The translations under genes were made by a program, and so were the position numbers. 64,000 nucleotides of DNA from Octopus bimaculoides (taxonomy: Eukaryota): the NCBI RefSeq assembly GCF_001194135.2, contig NC_068984.1:26009425-26073424 (forward strand), in the 5' to 3' direction. The notes under the pieces are model-generated. The model was not told the origin of the DNA. It made no database searches and saw only the letters and a program-made list of their open reading frames with translations. Below, piece after piece: positions 25,395 to 38,915 of the stretch. How positions within the stretch are numbered: the stretch's first letter is position 1; the number at the start of each line of letters is the position of its first letter.

Positions 25395-25560
25395 CGTGGC
25401 CCCGTGAGGAAGCTGTTGCACTCACGATGGTCGCGAGATGGTTTTGATTCCCGGACCGAGCTGTGTTGTATTCTTGAACAAAACACTTCATTTCACGTTA
25501 CTCCTGTCCACTCAGCTGTAAATGAATAACTCTGTGACTGATTGGTGTCCTGTTCGGGGA
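25395..25560 (+). mobile_element. Older CORE-like SINE remnant
   Basis: Degenerate B box ttgattcccgg, then tgtgttgtattcttgaacaaaacacttcatttcac. Related remnants at about 12840-13085(-) and 37520-37735(-). Confidence 0.55.
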
Positions 25561-27866
25561 AAACAGGCAACCCGCTCTACGAGTCTAAGGATTTCATTCA
25601 CTATTTACAGGTCGCTCAGAGGATGACAAGCGATGCCCTTGATCACTTTTTAATGCTTCAAGATGTTATGCTCAAACCGGAGACCTATCCTGAATCCTTT
25701 ACACTAGCGCAAAGGCACCTAAGGGTCAGATACTGATGTTAAACTTGGTGGTCCTTTTAGTCTACAATCCAAGAACTGGAACGGTTATTCGATATGATTC
25801 CCGACAGATTCCAAGGCTTTTGTCGATCTGAGACTATGGCAGAAAACACTAGACGAAGGTACTTCACAGTGAGATCAAACACAAACTATGCCGTTGCGAA
25901 GCGAATTTCTTATCTGTACAACCATTCCTACTCCACGTTCTCTTAGTTATAGACAAAGAATACCAGAACGAAATAATGCTTGCAGAAAGCAACAGTGAAT
26001 TATGTTTTACTTCCATAGGCTTGAATTCATCCTAAATTCACCCTAAATTATGGAAAATTCGGTAAATACATCACAAGCAGGATCAGCAGGAATCATCAAT
26101 AATTTAATGTTGATACAGGATTATACAACGCAGCATTCTATAATGCAACATAACAACCAGCAATATATGAGCCAAACAAGGATCCTCTATGTGGTTTCTC
26201 GAAGTTTTAGAAATAAAAGCCAAATCCAATCACATCTTAAAGAAGGACAGGCACAATAGAGAATGTATTCCAATATATATGGTAACCAGGAATAATGATG
26301 TGATGGTCATGGTTAGAATGTCATAAGTATGCTCAAATCAGGATAACATATCAAGAAATGGTGTGTCAAGGAAGAAAGCTTCCTCGCCACAGATTGACCT
26401 GTTAGAAACATTAACCAGATCTCCTTCAAATCATACACACATGCGCGCACACACACTTTCGAAAGTGAGAAGAGGAAGCTACACAGAAACCCGTCATACA
26501 TAAATATATAGGTGTGTGTGTTTGTGTGTGACCGTATGTTTGTGTTTATGTTTACCGTTGTAAAAATCGATGTTATATCAAAAAGCGTAGGGATTGCACA
26601 AATATCTATAAGTTAAGAACGAAACTGAAGTACTGGGATTAATATGTCTGACTACAACCTTTGAGGGTGGTCTTCAAGTATAATCGCAGTCCATGATTGA
26701 AACCTGTGTAGAAATAAAAGGAATTCTCATTTATTCTTATTTATTCTCATTTACATATCCTTTATTCCTCACGTTGAGACGTCTTAAATAAGGCTGTTGA
26801 CAAAGCTCTTATGAGCAGTGTAGCTTCTCCCGATTTGAACTCACCGAAAAAAATCTGACAGAGGAAATTACAAAATCGATTAAGTCATTATTACAAATTA
26901 AGTTAATTGTGTGCCGTAAGGAACGATAATTCTAATGTTAGAAGCGGGAGAGCTTTTTCAATACTGGAAATATGCAGTTGTAGAAAGTGGAGTGACAGAG
27001 GGCCCGAATTAAGGGATAAGACAAAGAAAAGAGATAAAGATTAGAGAGAATGTAAGTAGTGGTAAAGGTAATAAAGTGATGAAATTCTTATATTTCATAT
27101 AAAACCGAAGTGCCTTAAGTATTGGTGACTCATGTCTTAACTGCTCATTAATTAATTAATTGATTAGAAAGCTAATGACAAAATAGGCTTAGAAAACTCG
27201 AAAAGCTAAAATTAGTAACTTGTTTCCGCAGTTGACAGCATCTAGAACAATCAGCCGAAAGTATTGTATTCCGTATTTTGTATACGGTACTGTATTGTAT
27301 CTATATCCAAGAAACCTTTTGAATTAAAACACTTCATTCTGAAATGTCGCATTTGAACAAGCTGCAAACAAACTCATTGGGTAGATTCACATTCCGATAT
27401 TGTTGCATTGACTGTTAGTCTTTATGGGTCAAGGCCATGATAGAGACGCTCATATTGAATATCTAATACTATTGCCATCAAAATCAATAATAGCTTCAAT
27501 TATAGACAAGCAATATAGGCCGTATAACTGATGAGCTTAGAATAATGTGTTTCGCTTGCTGTGTATATGTATACAGAAAGTTGAACGGATGAACTAGAGT
27601 CAATAAACTCATGAATCTGCCCATCCTACTTGTTGCAACTAAATGTTTATTTTGAATAATTAATGATACTTCCTAAACACATTTTGTATCCAGTCGGTTA
27701 CGACTTTGTAGAAAATATAAGATATTTTGTATTTAACACTAGTACTGGATTTGTTGGAGAGTGGCATAGTCGTTGAGGATAAAAATTTCTATTCCTGTTG
27801 TTACACACATACAGTCAGACACAGACACAGACGCACGCACGCATATAGACACACATATGCACACAA

Positions 27867-28060
27867 AAGCGGCGAGCTGGCAGAAACGTTAGCACGCCAG
27901 GCGAAATGCTTAGCGGTATTTCGTCTACCGCTACGTTCTGAGTTCAAATTCCGCCGAGGTCGACTCTGCCTTTCATCCTTTCGGGGTCGATTAAATAAGT
28001 ACCAGTTACGCACTTGTTTGTCCCCTCTGTGTGTAGCCCCTTGTGGGTAGTAAAGAAATA
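27867..28060 (+). mobile_element. SINE family B with a 16-bp TSD
   Basis: TSD acacata(t/c)gcacacaa at 27851-27866 and 28061-28076. Confidence 0.9.
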
Positions 28061-29158
28061 ACACATACGCACACAATGCAAATTACATAATCAACACTTG
28101 CAGTCAAATAATCAGAGACTTGTAACTACTATATGTGATATAATGTGAATGGAAAAAAAGATGACAGTATTCACCACCGTAGAGATGGCTCGCGACAGTC
28201 GCGAGTTACGTTTTAAAACTTCTAATTTCTCCTTAATCATCCGTGCGTGTTTGTGCACTGCAGTAAAATGTCCTCCTCAAAAGATGGGAAAATATTCATG
28301 GGTCAAAATATAACACTATATGAAATCAATCGTACAAAGAATGTGGAAGCATGATATAAAACAAAAGCTTTTTAACCATGTTACTATTTACACAACAAAA
28401 AGATTCACAGTTACAGAGTTAGCTGCAGACATGCCTAGGTTTCAGTGCAACGCAGCCAGCCGTTATTGGCTTTGAAAATGTTTTGGTATAATGGAATATT
28501 CTCAAGCAATATGGTACAGCTAAAAGGTTCCTCTCCGCATTGGGGTATCAATGTACAGCAATTTCTTAACGTTCAGTTTCCAAAATATTAGTTGGGCGGA
28601 GATTTTCTGGTTTCTCAATCATCTAGACGCCCTAATTTTGCTTTCTTGGATTTCTCTCTTTAGGGTTATCTTCGTGGTCAGGTTTATAGAACAACAATCA
28701 AAAGCACAGGGCATTTAAAGTTTGTCCTGTACACGTTACTGATGATCGCAAAATAGCAAGAAATGCATTTATCGGTTTAGTAGAGAATGTCCTTAGAGGA
28801 TAGTTGGTGTTTTAACACCTATTACCTAAAGAATATTTCCATGGCAAACCACAGGGAAAATGTCCTTTGTTGATTCCACAATACTGCTTCACGTGCAAGT
28901 TATATAATATATAATATGATACACGCACACACATACTAGACTGTCCGTGACCCGTTGGGTCACCGGGAAACTCTGAATTTCCCAGTTACGGAGTTTTATT
29001 TCGTGGGTTTTTTCTTTTCTAGGTTACTTTGCATGCTTTCAACGAATGTGACATCGAAATCACGCGTAAACGGTTCCTTTCCCCAGAAAAGGAAAGATTT
29101 GACTGCTATTCTTTGCACGCATTGCTACCACGTAACAGGTATTTCGGGTCCTTTATCG

Positions 29159-29197
<39 letters not shown>

Positions 29198-30676
29198 CAT
29201 AAACAGATACTAATAAACATATATACACACAGATAGTAGAGAAGAAATCTTGTTCTGTTGTCTGGCACAAAAATCAGTATCACATTGATTCTTAAACTAT
29301 TATGAAATCCTATTTAAAAAAAACAAAACAACATAAATGTTTTGAAATGTCATAAAACACTTCATAAGGTTTCTTTACTTGGCACGCCCTGAATTTGTTC
29401 AGCGCAGTATGAATAAGTAATTGATAAAAGTCTAAATAAAAATTGTAAAAAATACTATGTTTACGGATGTAAAGTTATTCGAAGTGAAATAAATCTTAAT
29501 AAAGATTCTATCCATCAAGGTTCCTATTCCTTCTGAAAGCTGTCTTCTCTTTTCTTCGTTGGTTTCCGAACCAAATAATACAAACGAGACAGTTGAGAAT
29601 TGTGAATTGGAAATGAAGACGTTTGCTATTATTTTCATCCTTTTCCCTTTCTCTCTCTTTTTCTGTCTATCTGTCTGCATACATACATATACACGTACGC
29701 GCGCAAAACACCCTCCCACACGCTTGTACATGCATATGGCGAAATATCCACAATATAGTTTCGTTGGGTGGATAGCAAAAGAGGAAATATAAGAGTACAT
29801 CGCACTCAGGCATGGAAGTTTCTTGGGATTTTAGAAAATTTTGTAAGTATTGAAGATTAGCATTCACAGATAGGAAGGAGCCTGAAAAAAAATTTGTATC
29901 GACCTCATTAAAATCTTCTGAATGTTAAAATGAATGCCTAAAGCGGCGAGCTGGCGGTATGATTAGCACACCGTGCAAAATGCTTAGCGGTATTTTGTTC
30001 GTCTTTACGTTCAAATTCCACCAAGCTTGACTTTGCCATTCGTCCTTTCGAGGTCGATAAAATAAGTACCAGTTGAGCACTAGGATAGATTCAATCGATT
30101 TGCCCCTCCTCCGAAATTGCTGGTCTTGTGACAAAATCTGAAACTAGAATACATGTTTTAGCGATAATTCATATAAAATTTCATGTGAAGACAAAACAAA
30201 GACCACAGAGCAGAAGTACGAGGTTTCAAATATATGATTGTCATTGGAAATTTCGTCTAATTAAAGTATCAAAGCTTTAAGAAACTTTTGCTAACGAATT
30301 TAAATGAAAGAGGATGGCCATATTTGAAAGCCAAGCAAGGGGAATAACTAGTGTGCCTTATTATTAATAGAATTGAAATAGGTATTCTGTATCATATTTA
30401 ACCTTATAGCTTTGTCTCCGTAAAGGGAAATCTAAAGGAGTACTGAAAATGTATATTAAATTGCAAATTTAATATGGAAAATTATCTCCCATTTTCAGTC
30501 AAACCCAGAGAAAATTATTAGAAGCAGAGGAAAAAGGTCGAGTAATTAAGTAAAATTAGCTGGCAAAGAAAATGGAAGGAAACGTATTCAAATTTCATAT
30601 ATGTATATAAGGCGGTGCTCCAGCATGGCTGCAGTCTGTTCATCCAATGACTGAAACAAGTAAAGATCAAAGGTGA

Positions 30677-30739
<63 letters not shown>

Positions 30740-31025
30740 ATGCATGGATACACATACACACACATATGCATACATACATACATACTTTTATTTATGTATA
30801 TATTAATATTATCTTGGTTGAAAAACTTCGGTAATGCAAATATGTTAATAGTTACCAGGGTAGCAAAAATCTCACAGAAACTGGGATATTATACCTGGTT
30901 AAGGGGTAGAAATTCCATGTTAAAGTGATGTATTTTGAGTTGATATGAATAATAATAATAAATGGAGCAAAACGCATATAATCAACAAGTACATACATAC
31001 ATGCATACATACATACATACATACA

Positions 31026-31056
<31 letters not shown>

Positions 31057-31501
31057 TTATATACATTATACACACAGTATTTTGTTGAATGGAAAGCGCG
31101 CGATGCTAGTTGAGAAGTTGGAGTCGGAATTGCAAGTATTTTTTTACACCATAAAACGTCTGATTTAACTAATGTTGTTGAAAGAAATACCATTGCTATT
31201 ACTTAGTAAATACAAAATAGTCATTGAAACTCAGCAGGAACTACATTTCCCTTGTTACTGTGCTGTCTTTTTCGTTACTTATGGTAGTGGTATGGAAACG
31301 CCATTTATTGAGAAATTGCAAAAGGTTAGCTTTTCGTCTCAATGAACAGAGCGTTTTTATCATTACATACTGCCCAATCATGTAGAAAGGCTTTGGCAAA
31401 TATAAAGAATATTTTTCCTAGAGTTACATTTCCAAAATCAACCTCCACGACTCCACGACTCCACGACGCAGCATCTGCCATGTCGCAAAATATAGTGTGT
31501 T

Positions 31502-31626
<125 letters not shown>

Positions 31627-31860
31627 TTATTTATATTTGTGTGTAGTCATCAGCGTGATTCTCTAACAAAGCATATCTTGGCAGACTCATGGTTATAGTT
31701 TAAATATCTTGACTCACACTTCTTGCTGTGAGTTTTTATTCTAAGCGGACTGGTAATGATGCCTTGAACCAGTCATCTCTGTGGATAACATACATACATA
31801 CATACATACATACATACATACATGCACACATACACACACATACATACATACATACATACA

Positions 31861-31891
<31 letters not shown>

Positions 31892-32094
31892 CTATCTATC
31901 TATCTATATGTATGTATTTACGCATACATACATATATATATATATCGGCAACAATGTGTTACTGTTTAACTACATTTTTGTATCTTATATGATATATAGC
32001 ACAAACGCACCACATATCCAAACGCACATAAACACACACACGCATCTACACATATGCAGATACATACGCATAAGATATGTTTCTATGTAATCTT

Positions 32095-32290
32095 ATTATA
32101 ATCAGTTAGAATTTGATATTCCTCTTGCTGCTTCAAAATGATTCCTTCGGATGTCGCTTTTTTCTCCCCCAGTTCCTTAGGGATCTTGACAATTGAATTT
32201 TCCCTTAGTAACTCCATATATCCTTCATTCTTCATTGTAACACCTCCCCTGCAACACAGCATCATTTACAATGACTTCCTTCCTCCATTT
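32095..32290 (-). mobile_element. R4/Dong LINE fragment
   Basis: KELGEKKATSEGIILKQQEEYQILTDY resembles G.LKK.TEG.I.AAQEQ.L.T.Y. Abuts a (CAT)n tract. Confidence 0.5.
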
Positions 32291-32315
32291 CACCACCTCC
32301 AATTCCCCCACCCCC

Positions 32316-32507
32316 TCATCGTCATCGTCGTTATCGTCATCATCGTAGTCGTCGTCGTGGCTACGGTCGTCGTTGATGACACCACCACCACCACCACCAC
32401 TACCACCACCACCACCACCGCCACTGCCACCGCCATCATTGTCGTCGTCATCGTCATCATCATCATCATCATCAACATAATCAGCATCATCATCATCATC
32501 CTCCTCC

Positions 32508-32547
<40 letters not shown>

Positions 32548-32563
32548 TCACTATCACCATCAT
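32316..32563 (+). repeat. Compound (CGT)/(CAC)/(CAT)n microsatellite
   Basis: Visible directly. Confidence 0.92.
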
Positions 32564-32864
32564 CATTCTCTTTATAATTTTAACCATTGTCTCTAAGTGG
32601 TTAATATAGGTTTACCAGCGAAATGGTTCAGCGATATTTCTTCCGGTTTTATGTTCTGCGTTCAAATTTCCTCCGAGGTCGACTTTGTCTTTCAACACTT
32701 CGGGGTCGATAAAACAAATACCAGTTGAATACTGGGTTCAATGTAATCAACTATCCATCACCCTTGGCCTTGTGCTAAAATCTGAAACAGTTATTGACTT
32801 CAAGTGGTTGATTTAGGTATGTACTTACAAAATTGTTAGTGCGGGAACGATAAAATTTCTTGCT

Positions 32865-33625
32865 GTATTTAGTTATGAACGTTTCGCATCAGAAACAGCA
32901 ACGTTTGGAAGCCTGCATTATGCTACTTTCTCGTCACAAAAATGAATCATTTTTTAATCGAATTGTAACATGTGATGAGAAATGGATCCAATACAACAGC
33001 CGTAAACGTTCAGCACAATGGTTGGACAAAGACGAGCCACCAAAAACACAGCCCAAAAAGCAAAATTCATCAAAAGAAGCCGATGGTGTGTGTTTGGTGG
33101 TCTGGCGCAGGTGTGATCCATTATGATTTCATTAAACCTTGCTCATCAATCACGGCCGAAGAATACTACAGCCAACTGGACCAAATGATGCAGAAACTTA
33201 CAAACAAAAACAGCCTAGATTAGTCAATAGATCCACTCGTATTTTATAGCAAGACAACGCTAGACCACACATTGTAAAAATGACATTGGCGAAACTACAG
33301 GAATTGGAGTTGGAAGATCTCCATCATCCACCATACTCACCTGATCTTGCCCCCACTGACTGCCATTTCTTCCAGAATTTGGATAACTTTTTGATCGGAA
33401 AAATTTTAATTCCGACGATGCTGTAAAACAGGTCTTCAAAGATTTTACTGACTCTAGATTGCCAGGCTTTTATAGTTCCGGGCTGGACAAGCTACCGCTG
33501 AAATGGCAAAAGTGTATTGACAATATGGGTGCATAGTTTGATGAATAAAACTATTCCTTGTATTTATAAAACATTAGCAAACTTTTGTTTTCTTTTCTAC
33601 AAATTTCATACTTGACGACCTAATA
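32865..33625 (+). mobile_element. 5'-truncated mariner fossil (DD34D catalytic domain)
   Basis: RIVTCDEKWIQY; MVCVWW..GVIHY; QDNARPH; HHPPYSPDLAPTDCHFF; KLPLKWQKCID. Right TIR ends in cctaaTA. Confidence 0.92.
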
Positions 33626-33675
33626 AATACAAATAGATATAGCGTATTAAATATACGTAGCGTGTTATATATATT

Positions 33676-33887
33676 TATTTCTTTATTGCCCACAAGGGAC
33701 TAAACATAGAGGGAACAAACAAGGACAGACAAAGGGATTAAGTCGGTAACTGGTAGTTATTGAATCGACCCCGAATAGATAAAAGGCAAAGATAAAAGGG
33801 ACAGAATTTGAACTCAGAACGTAACGGCAGACAGAAACCACTATGCATTTCGCCCGGCGGGCTAACGATTCTGCTAACTCGCCGCCC
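33676..33887 (-). mobile_element. SINE family B with an 18-bp TSD
   Basis: TSD tagcgtgttatatatatt at 33658-33675 and 33888-33905. Confidence 0.9.
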
Positions 33888-34464
33888 TAGCGTGTTATAT
33901 ATATTGATAAGACTTACCAATGAGAATTTATGAATACAAGAATATCAATTGAGCATTATGAGACAAAGAGAACCGCCGAATGAATTTTTGAATACAAAAA
34001 AATAAACTGAACAACTCTTAACCCATGTCAAAAAATCAGAGCTTGATCCAAATGACTAGAAAGTAAATCATATAAAGTGGGAAGAAAATCAGCAGCTTCA
34101 AACGAAAAAAATATACAAATACACGTAGTGCATTAATTAGAATATTCCACTAGAGCTAGTGTTTGGGCACCATACAAATTAGTTTAATAATGTCTAGGAA
34201 ATGGTGTCAACTAGCAACTCTTGTTGACTATGTAGTCAAGTAATGGGGTCGATGGTATCGATTAGTTTCCTCTCCCTAAAACTGCAGGCATTGTACCTTA
34301 ATTATAAACAATTACTATTATCTATTCCGCCGAGGTCGACTTTGTCTTCCAACCTTTCGGGGTCGAAAAAATAGGAACTAGTTGAGCGCTGGGATCGTTG
34401 TAATTGACCATCCTCCTACACTAAAACCGCTTACCTTGTACCAAAAATTAAAACCTTAATTATT

Positions 34465-34900
34465 ATTCTTTTATCTCAGGGTTTGTTGGAACTCCCAGAG
34501 TCTTGCATGCCTAGTGGATTTGCTACCTGCGCCTACGGTATCATGCTATTTGATCTTTTCAATTAGTACTTTCGCGATGAATCTGGTCGTGCCAAGGAGG
34601 CAAACTTTTTGTTACAGTTCTACTGGGTCCTCAATTCCCAGTTCCTTTTGATGCCTTCTGATACTGTTTCCAAGGACCCAACAATAATTGGCAGTATCTT
34701 CACCATCTTCATTTTTCACAATCGAGCTACCTCGTATGTAGTGGGGTTGTATATGTCTATTTTTCCGTCTTCCTTCTTGATTATTCATGGGCCACAGGGA
34801 CACAGTGCATTGGGAGAATCTGTAAGACGCTGGAAAATATGTTTTGCAGTATATAATCTGGCTCTTAACGTTCTTATCACAAATCGATAAAATAAGATAC
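34465..34900 (-). mobile_element. R4/Dong LINE 3' end with 3' UTR
   Basis: KMVKILPIIVGSLETVS and ELGIEDPVEL*QKVCLLGTTRF (QK..LLGTARI motif), followed by a short TAA-rich tail. Confidence 0.75.
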
Positions 34901-36086
34901 CAATCAAGGACAGGGGTCAATATAATCGACTATACCCAATATTTGGCTTTGTGATTTTGTTTAGAATAATTATTGTAATTGTTGTTGTGGTCGGCGTGGT
35001 CGTTCCTGCTCCTCCTGCTCCTGCTCCTCCTGCTCCTGCTCCTCCTGCTCCTCCTGCTGCTGCTGCACCCCTCCCCCTCCCCTCCCCCTCCCCATCNNNN
35101 NNNNNNNNNNNNNNNNNNNNNNNNNNNNNNNNNNNNNNNNNNNNNNNNNNNNNNNNNNNNNNNNNNNNNNNNNNNNNNNNNNNNNNNNNNNNNNNNNNNN
35201 NNNNNNNNNNNNNNNNNNNNNNNNNNNNNNNNNNNNNNNNNNNNNNNNNNNNNNNNNNNNNNNNNNNNNNNNNNNNNNNNNNNNNNNNNNNNNNNNNNNN
35301 NNNNNNNNNNNNNNNNNNNNNNNNNNNNNNNNNNNNNNNNNNNNNNNNNNNNNNNNNNNNNNNNNNNNNNNNNNNNNNNNNNNNNNNNNNNNNNNNNNNN
35401 NNNNNNNNNNNNNNNNNNNNNNNNNNNNNNNNNNNNNNNNNNNNNNNNNNNNNNNNNNNNNNNNNNNNNNNNNNNNNNNNNNNNNNNNNNNNNNNNNNNN
35501 NNNNNNNNNNNNNNNNNNNNNNNNNNNNNNNNNNNNNNNNNNNNNNNNNNNNNNNNNNNNNNNNNNNNNNNNNNNNNNNNNNNNNNNNNNNNNNNNNNNN
35601 NNNNNNNNNNNNNNNNNNNNNNNNNNNNNNNNNNNNNNNNNNNNNNNNNNNNNNNNNNNNNNNNNNNNNNNNNNNNNNNNNNNNNNNNNNNNNNNNNNNN
35701 NNNNNNNNNNNNNNNNNNNNNNNNNNNNNNNNNNNNNNNNNNNNNNNNNNNNNNNNNNNNNNNNNNNNNNNNNNNNNNNNNNNNNNNNNNNNNNNNNNNN
35801 NNNNNNNNNNNNNNNNNNNNNNNNNNNNNNNNNNNNNNNNNNNNNNNNNNNNNNNNNNNNNNNNNNNNNNNNNNNNNNNNNNNNNNNNNNNNNNNNNNNN
35901 NNNNNNNNNNNNNNNNNNNNNNNNNNNNNNNNNNNNNNNNNNNNNNNNNNNNNNNNNNNNNNNNNNNNNNNNNNNNNNNNNNNNNNNNNNNNNNNNNNNN
36001 NNNNNNNNNNNNNNNNNNNNNNNNNNNNNNNNNNNNNNNNNNNNNNNNNNNNNNNNNNNNNNNNNNNNNNNNNNNNNNNNNNNNNN

Positions 36087-36136
<50 letters not shown>

Positions 36137-36612
36137 ACATTGTTTCTCTGTACCTAGTTTTACTCCTGGCATTTATCGTCTCGAGGTTATAGTAGGAAAA
36201 TCTCGCCCACATTCTCGTGCCAATATTACTGACATCTTTTAGGGAGAATCTCCAGCTCAGTATGACAGCTAGAATATGTCGTTCTATGGGACTATGATTT
36301 CAACTCTAGCCATATGCATCTTTTCTCTCATATGAAAACATGTAATTAAGATTTGATAATTCTTTATCAACGTATTTGTGAAATAAGAGAACAATTTTAT
36401 AACTAGATTATGTTATCAATTTCATTTATAGTTAAAATTGTTTGCTTCTTAAAGTAACAAAAATAGATAACAACTGTCGAGGTAGAAGTGGTGACAAAGG
36501 TATAACAGCGTCTACAGTTTTCAAAACTGTTACCCCCTCAGAGTGCACGTTCAATACTACCAATGTGAACTTTTACATTACCATAAGAAACAAATATCTC
36601 ACGTATATATCT

Positions 36613-36981
36613 CACGACTGATTCCTTAGCTACACTCTCACTTTAGCTTCTATTTATATTTACACACACGCATATACACATTCTTAAAACCAGTGATGGT
36701 GACGTGCTGTAGAATATCGGTTCGACAAATAGATATCGCTAAAATTAAGCACGAGACTGATAAAATAATTACTCCAGTTATTTTGTTCCACTGGTGATGT
36801 CTTGGCACGGCCGCAATCCAATATTTGGCGAAAGACTAATCATAATTTTATATATTTATTTATATTCTTATATTTATAACAATAACCTTAGGATATTTAC
36901 AAATGTACTTGACACGACTGATTCCTTAGCTACACTCTCACTTTAGCTTCTATTTATATTTACACACACGCATATACACAT
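36613..36981 (+). repeat. Perfect 69-bp direct repeat, 300 bp apart (36613-36681 / 36913-36981)
   Basis: cacgactgattccttagctacactctcactttagcttctatttatatttacacacacgcatatacacat occurs twice. Confidence 0.92.
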
Positions 36982-37746
36982 ACTGACATACATAAGTATT
37001 AGACGAATATCTTTACATTTTTTCTGTACCTGTAGCAAAATAGTTATTTTATGCAGTGAGATATAATTCTGTAGCAAAAGAATTAATTTATCTGCTGAGA
37101 TACAGTTCAAAACAACTCACACAAACGCAGATTGATAGATAGATAGACAGATAGACAGATAGCTAAATAAATAGATAGAGAGAGAGAGTAATCAAGTGAG
37201 ATAACTAAAGATGCAGTGACGTCATAGTCTATGCTATGTCTAGATATTTTGCCTTCTCCTCCGTCTTTCTCTAAATCTCTACACTCTTCACTTTCCCCTC
37301 TTTCTCTTGCATGTTTCTCATTATGTCTATCTCCATCTATATGTCTCTCTCCCCACTCTCACACCCAGCATCTTTTTCCGTTTGAATTACTTCCCTTGGC
37401 GTTATGCAACATGGAAGTAGGCAAGGATGTACTTTGTATTAAAAAGAATCAGCCGTGACGCCTGAACGCGTATGGCTTGGTAACATGTACTATTCTACCC
37501 TTAGCTTTAGACATCTATAAAACCGTGAGCAGATATAGATACCCACTCGAAGCTGCCACCCTTGACCCAGCAGCATATCCTGGATGTGACAAGTTGAGTG
37601 AGAGGGAGCTGCACCAATGGTTGGATGGTATTTACTTTTAGCTGAATTGATTGTAGCAACGTGAAATGAAATGCTTTATTCAAGGATACAACGCTACGCC
37701 CGGTCCGGAAATTGAACCGACAATATTATGACTAACTTCGAGGCTG

Positions 37747-37822
<76 letters not shown>

Positions 37823-38094
37823 AACAACATTCACATATTAATAATCCTTTCTCCTATAGATACAAGGCCTGAAAATTTGGAGAAGGGGTCTAGTCGACTA
37901 CATCGACCCAGTGCACAACTGGCACCTACTTCATCGACCCAGGTAGGATGGAAAACAAAGTAGACCTCGGCCGCATTTGAACACAGAACGAAGATGGACG
38001 AAATGCTGTTAAGCTTTTTGTCCGGCATGATAACAATTCTGTCAGCTCACTCGTCTTCCACACATATATTAATAATAGATATTAGTGTAAATAA

Positions 38095-38222
<128 letters not shown>

Positions 38223-38379
38223 AGAGGAATGTACATACACAGAGACACATACAAACATATATACATAAACGAATGTATACTTGCATTTTGATGTATGAAT
38301 ACTCAGTTCATGTAATAGTTTAATTATCCATTCGAAGTCAGGGCTTACCCCTGTATCTGCTACGTTCTTCGCACGTCTT

Positions 38380-38406
38380 ATTTCTTTACTGCCCACAAGG
38401 GGCTAG
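38380..38406 (-). mobile_element. 27-nt retro-insertion of the SINE-B 3' tail only
   Basis: atttctttactgcccacaaggggctag flanked by a perfect 17-bp TSD cgttcttcgcacgtctt (38363-38379 / 38407-38423). Confidence 0.88.
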
Positions 38407-38656
38407 CGTTCTTCGCACGTCTTTCAAAGAAGTATACGTGTAGTTGTAAATGTAATTCTTCTGGGCGTAGGTGATCCAGTTGACACAGGAATCAATTTCA
38501 GTAATGGCTAAAACTGTAATTTTTTTTAAAGAACGCCTATAAATCTATCTTTTAAATATCGATTTATACAATCGATATATAAAAGGTAGATTGATTGGTG
38601 TGCTTTACTAAAACCACTCAAAATAAAAAAAGAAATCAGGCCTTTTGCTTATAGCA

Positions 38657-38915
38657 CAGTGGCTCTCAACTGGGGTCCACATGACCATTGGGGACCATTT
38701 AAGGTTCAGTTGTCAAAAATAATGTGCACTAAATCGGTTATGCTTCTACAATACTCAAAATATTTTAACAATTTTATAAATGCAATTCCTAATAATATTT
38801 AATTATTAAAGTATAATGGGAATTTTTTAAACATCAGATGGCAATGGAGGGAGTGGCACCAGAGTAAAATAGGAATCAAAGGGATCCACTGGCAAAAAAT
38901 GGTCGTGAACCACTG
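38657..38915 (+). mobile_element. hAT-type MITE
   Basis: TIRs cagtggctctcaa / gtgaaccactg, imperfect 8-bp TSD (ttatagca/caatagta). The internal sequence is homologous to 44490-44832. Confidence 0.75.

Noticed and set aside
26050-26259. 69-aa Q/N-rich ORF
   Set aside because: No domain, splice context or codon signal to support coding.
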